A stretch of 64,000 bases of DNA from Gekko japonicus (taxonomy: Eukaryota), in the NCBI RefSeq assembly GCF_001447785.1, contig NW_015172101.1, positions 129,939-193,938 of the forward strand. Direction: 5' to 3'. Below, one piece after another: positions 60,683 through 64,000 of the stretch (its first letter is position 1; every line of letters begins with the position of its first letter). The notes beneath the pieces were generated by a model. The model saw only the letters and a list, made by a program, of their open reading frames with translations. It had not been told where the DNA came from and made no database searches. The position numbers and the translations under genes are program-made.

Positions 60683-63474
60683 GATAAAATTTAAATTAAC
60701 TGCTGTCCTTACTGTTTGACTTTTTCTATTTGATTTTCCAAGATTTGGGATTAAAATAGCAGAAAAAATAATGTCTGCAATGGCCATTAAACTGGATTAA
60801 GTTTCATGTTCATTTAAGGATGTGGGAGATGGACACACACTCCACTGGGAACTTTTTTTTCTGTAATGCTCACTGAAATTATTTTCATTGCTCTACAGCT
60901 GTGTTTCCTTTGCACTGGGCTTGTGTGGGACATGCCTAAGCCACTTCTGCAGATGTATTGGTCAAATAACCCACTATGAATGGGTGATCTGGAAGGGCCA
61001 TCTAGTTTAAAGTAAGGGTGATTAACCACAAACAGTTCAGAGTATAGCAAAGGTTCAGTTCAAGCTTCTACATTCTTCATAATGAATTTATTTACTTCAT
61101 GTATAAAATGCCTTTCTCCCCAATGGAGATCCAAAGCATCTTACATGGTTGTCCTCTCCTCCATTTTATCATTACAACAGCCCTGTGAGTTTAGGCTGTG
61201 AGTGTGTGACTGGCCCAAAGTCACCCTATAAGCTTCAATGGCATCGGGGGAATTCAAACCTGGGTCTCTCAAATCCTGGTGTGACACTCTAAGCATTACA
61301 CCACACCAGCTCTAAGCAGAGCAAAATCTGATCTTTTGCAATCAAATATGCTACATGAAAAATTGTTAAAGAATAACCACAGACAAGAGTTGCCTGCCAT
61401 AAACATGGCCCTGTGAATCAAAGTCTTGTACCACTGATCTCTGAATAAGTTGCTGAGATAGGAGCAAGTCTATGAGAGAACTGTGTCAGAAAGAGGAAAT
61501 GACTCAGTGGCCATCTAGTCTACATAGAAATGGAAAAATTTGGCTAAGTTTGAGGAACTTTGTTTAAAAATTTAATGGAAATTTTCATGGCTGTTACAAC
61601 ACTCTCCTGCATTACCAGAAAAAAAGAGAATGTCATTCAATCTGGGAATGAATGCAAGTTCTTTTGGGATCATTTCCATTGTAGGTTTTTAATTGGTGGG
61701 GGGAGAAGAGTGGGCACATGCCTGGGGAACACAAATGTATACGCAAGTGTAATAACTAAACTTTGCCCAAGCTACATTTAAGCCATGCAAAAGGTCTTCC
61801 CATTCATAGCTGGCCACCCAGAAAAGATGGACAATGGTTAATTTCTTGTACTGTTAGGTCAGAGACAAAAAGCATAGATGTGTTTTTAGTGTAACAAGAA
61901 GCGATGCCTTGACAGAATTAAATGCTCCTCCATGCATTTTGTCAAACATAAGTCTTGTATTCTGACAAGCTACAAGGAAATAATTATGTACTGGTGATTC
62001 CACACTATTAGCACATTCTTAAGAGAGTAAATGACAAAAGAGAAAGCTTTGTCTTTAACTCTGGAAAGTGTACCTCTGTCACTGAGTTCCATTTTTCCTT
62101 GTCAGTAGACAAAAGTGTCATGAATGCATAATCTATCTTGCACAAGGGAAGCTCTTTTTCATTATCCAACTTTTGTATTAAAGTATGAGCCGTGATGTTA
62201 TTTCCAGTGCTTTACTAGCCCGTTAGTCATTTCTGTGTTACATGCCTCACACTGACAGCTGGGTGAAGAGTAACCTATGGACTTAAATGCATTATTCTTA
62301 ATAATTGACAAGGCAATTAAGGATTTAGGCAGTGAAAGTGTCCTTGGAAAGACTGGGACCAGATGAGACTCTTCATTTCCAGCTTTCCTTTGAACTAAGC
62401 CCAATCATTGTCCACATACTGGGATTAATTATTTATATGTTTGCTCTGTGAAATTATTAATCCAATGGCTAAATTCCAAATAACTACATGTTTCTCCAAA
62501 AAAGTACTGTGTTTTACTAGAGCCATGGAATCACTTTAATTTACATATACTGCCCATTTACTTTAGTCCAAAGCCAGCATTGTGACAAAAAGGGCCCTTG
62601 TGGTATTCAATAACAATTCCTGAATCAAAATGGAGAATTGCCCCAGTTTTTACTACCATACATAGAAGTCTCCCAAATGTATCAAAGACCATGTTAAGCT
62701 TCTTGGTTCAATTTACAGTGTTGATAATGACAATGAAGTATCTGCCTCTCTGTGCTGTCTAGGAATCATAAAACAGATGGCCGAAAAGTTTTCAGCCAGT
62801 CTAAAGAGAATGAAGTTTGTTTTGTACAGGGGAGAAAAGTTGGCTTGTACGATGTTGTTACTTCTCAGATCCCTCTGGCTTATCTGTGTTGTCTTAATAA
62901 ATTAGCAGGTGTCTGTTCATAAGTAGTGTGATCCCAAGTGGGTTTAAGAGAGCACGTCCCCAGCCCACCACCCCTTTTGTGCCCTCACCATCCAAGAGCC
63001 CTGCTTTACTGGAGGACCTTGTATGTCTTACTTCATCACTGGCTGACTGTATTTTATTTATTTAAAACATTTTAATGATGCATTTCCACCCAACTAAGTG
63101 TCCCCTAGATAGTGAATAATCAAAAACATTAAAATCAGCTTTAAACATATGCACATACATATTTAAACAGGAAGGAGAGAAAGCAACAAAACAAAAGTGT
63201 TCACCTGCTTGCAGAAGACAATGATAATGGAAGACACTCAAATCTCTCTGGAGAGGGAATTCCATAATTTGGGGGCCATAAATCACCATAAGTCAACTGT
63301 GATTTAATGATACTTTCCACCACCAGTTACTACTTCAGGAGCCATCACAGAATTATATGTAGTTCTTTTTTTAATATCAGTTTTAAAAAAATTAAATATA
63401 GAGAAACAAGTAACAGGAAGAGAAACTAGAACAATAACAATAAGAGCAGTCTGGTATGCAATGTCACAAGATTT

Positions 63475-64000
63475 TTTGGCTCGCCCGCGGAGCCAAATGG
63501 ACCCTATGCGGCTCCAGACGGCTCTGCGGGATCCAAGGCCCCCTGGCGGCACGTTGGATGAGCTAGTGGAGGATTAGAATTGCCGACTCTCCTCAGCCAT
63601 CGACGTGATCGCTCCCAGGCGCCCTCTCCGCACTCGTGATAGGCGAGCGCCTTGGTATACCCAGGAATTGCGCTCGCTGAAACGAGAACTGAGAAGGCTA
63701 GAGAGACGGTGGCGCCGTGCTTGCGACGAAGTGTCAAGAACATCCTATAGGACGCTTATGAGATCCTATGGGATGGCAGTCAAGGCCGCAAAGAGGGACT
63801 TCTATGCGACCTCGATTGCGTCTGCTAGCTCACGCCCGGCCCAATTGTTTAGGGTAATTCGGTCCTTGACAACTCTGCCTCAGGGCAGACAAAATGTTAG
63901 TGAATTGGATATTGGCTGTGAGGCATTTGCGAGCCATTTTGCAGATAAAGTCCTGGCACTCCGCCGCGACCTCTCCGCCACAATTGATACAGTTAGGGAA
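63475..64000 (+). mobile_element. L2-type LINE ORF2 fragment (EN-RT linker), runs off window end
   Basis: APWYTQELRSLKRELRRLERRWR...SYRTLMRSY...A.SRPAQLFRVIRSL; homologous to 30953-31350. Confidence 0.8.

Noticed and set aside
60700-63470. Exons of a downstream neighbouring gene
   Set aside because: No recognisable coding motif or splice-bounded ORF on either strand

Overview
Vertebrate genomic DNA from a squamate reptile, most likely a gecko. This is inferred from the repeat set: BovB, Sauria/Squam1 and Squam3-type SINEs, and Penelope pLTRs. The window holds the 3' ~60% of a sarcomeric myosin heavy chain gene on the + strand, best identified as MYH15 (orthologue of avian ventricular MyHC). 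I assembled 21 GT-AG coding exons from 10774 to the stop at 60580: 3525 nt, 1174 aa, one open frame from converter/IQ region through the whole rod to ...KKVHDEE*, with AATAAA at 60677. The introns are rich in transposons. They include a full-length RTE-BovB LINE with an intact 1009-aa EN+RT ORF, L2 and CR1 fragments, SINEs, hAT MITEs with perfect 8-bp TSDs, and Penelope-like inverted pLTRs carrying minimal hammerhead-ribozyme motifs. There are also three copies of a ~1.8-kb ORF1-only, poly(A)-tailed retro-element (HAL1/'half-L1'-like), one with a 13-bp TSD. The most notable observations are (1) the ORF1-only element family, (2) a MITE inserted in an exon's polypyrimidine tract that creates a competing 3' splice site, (3) hammerhead motifs in introns, and (4) the intact BovB with its partner SINE. 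Two N gaps and several tandem duplications suggest a short-read assembly. All family names come from motif recognition, not database searches.
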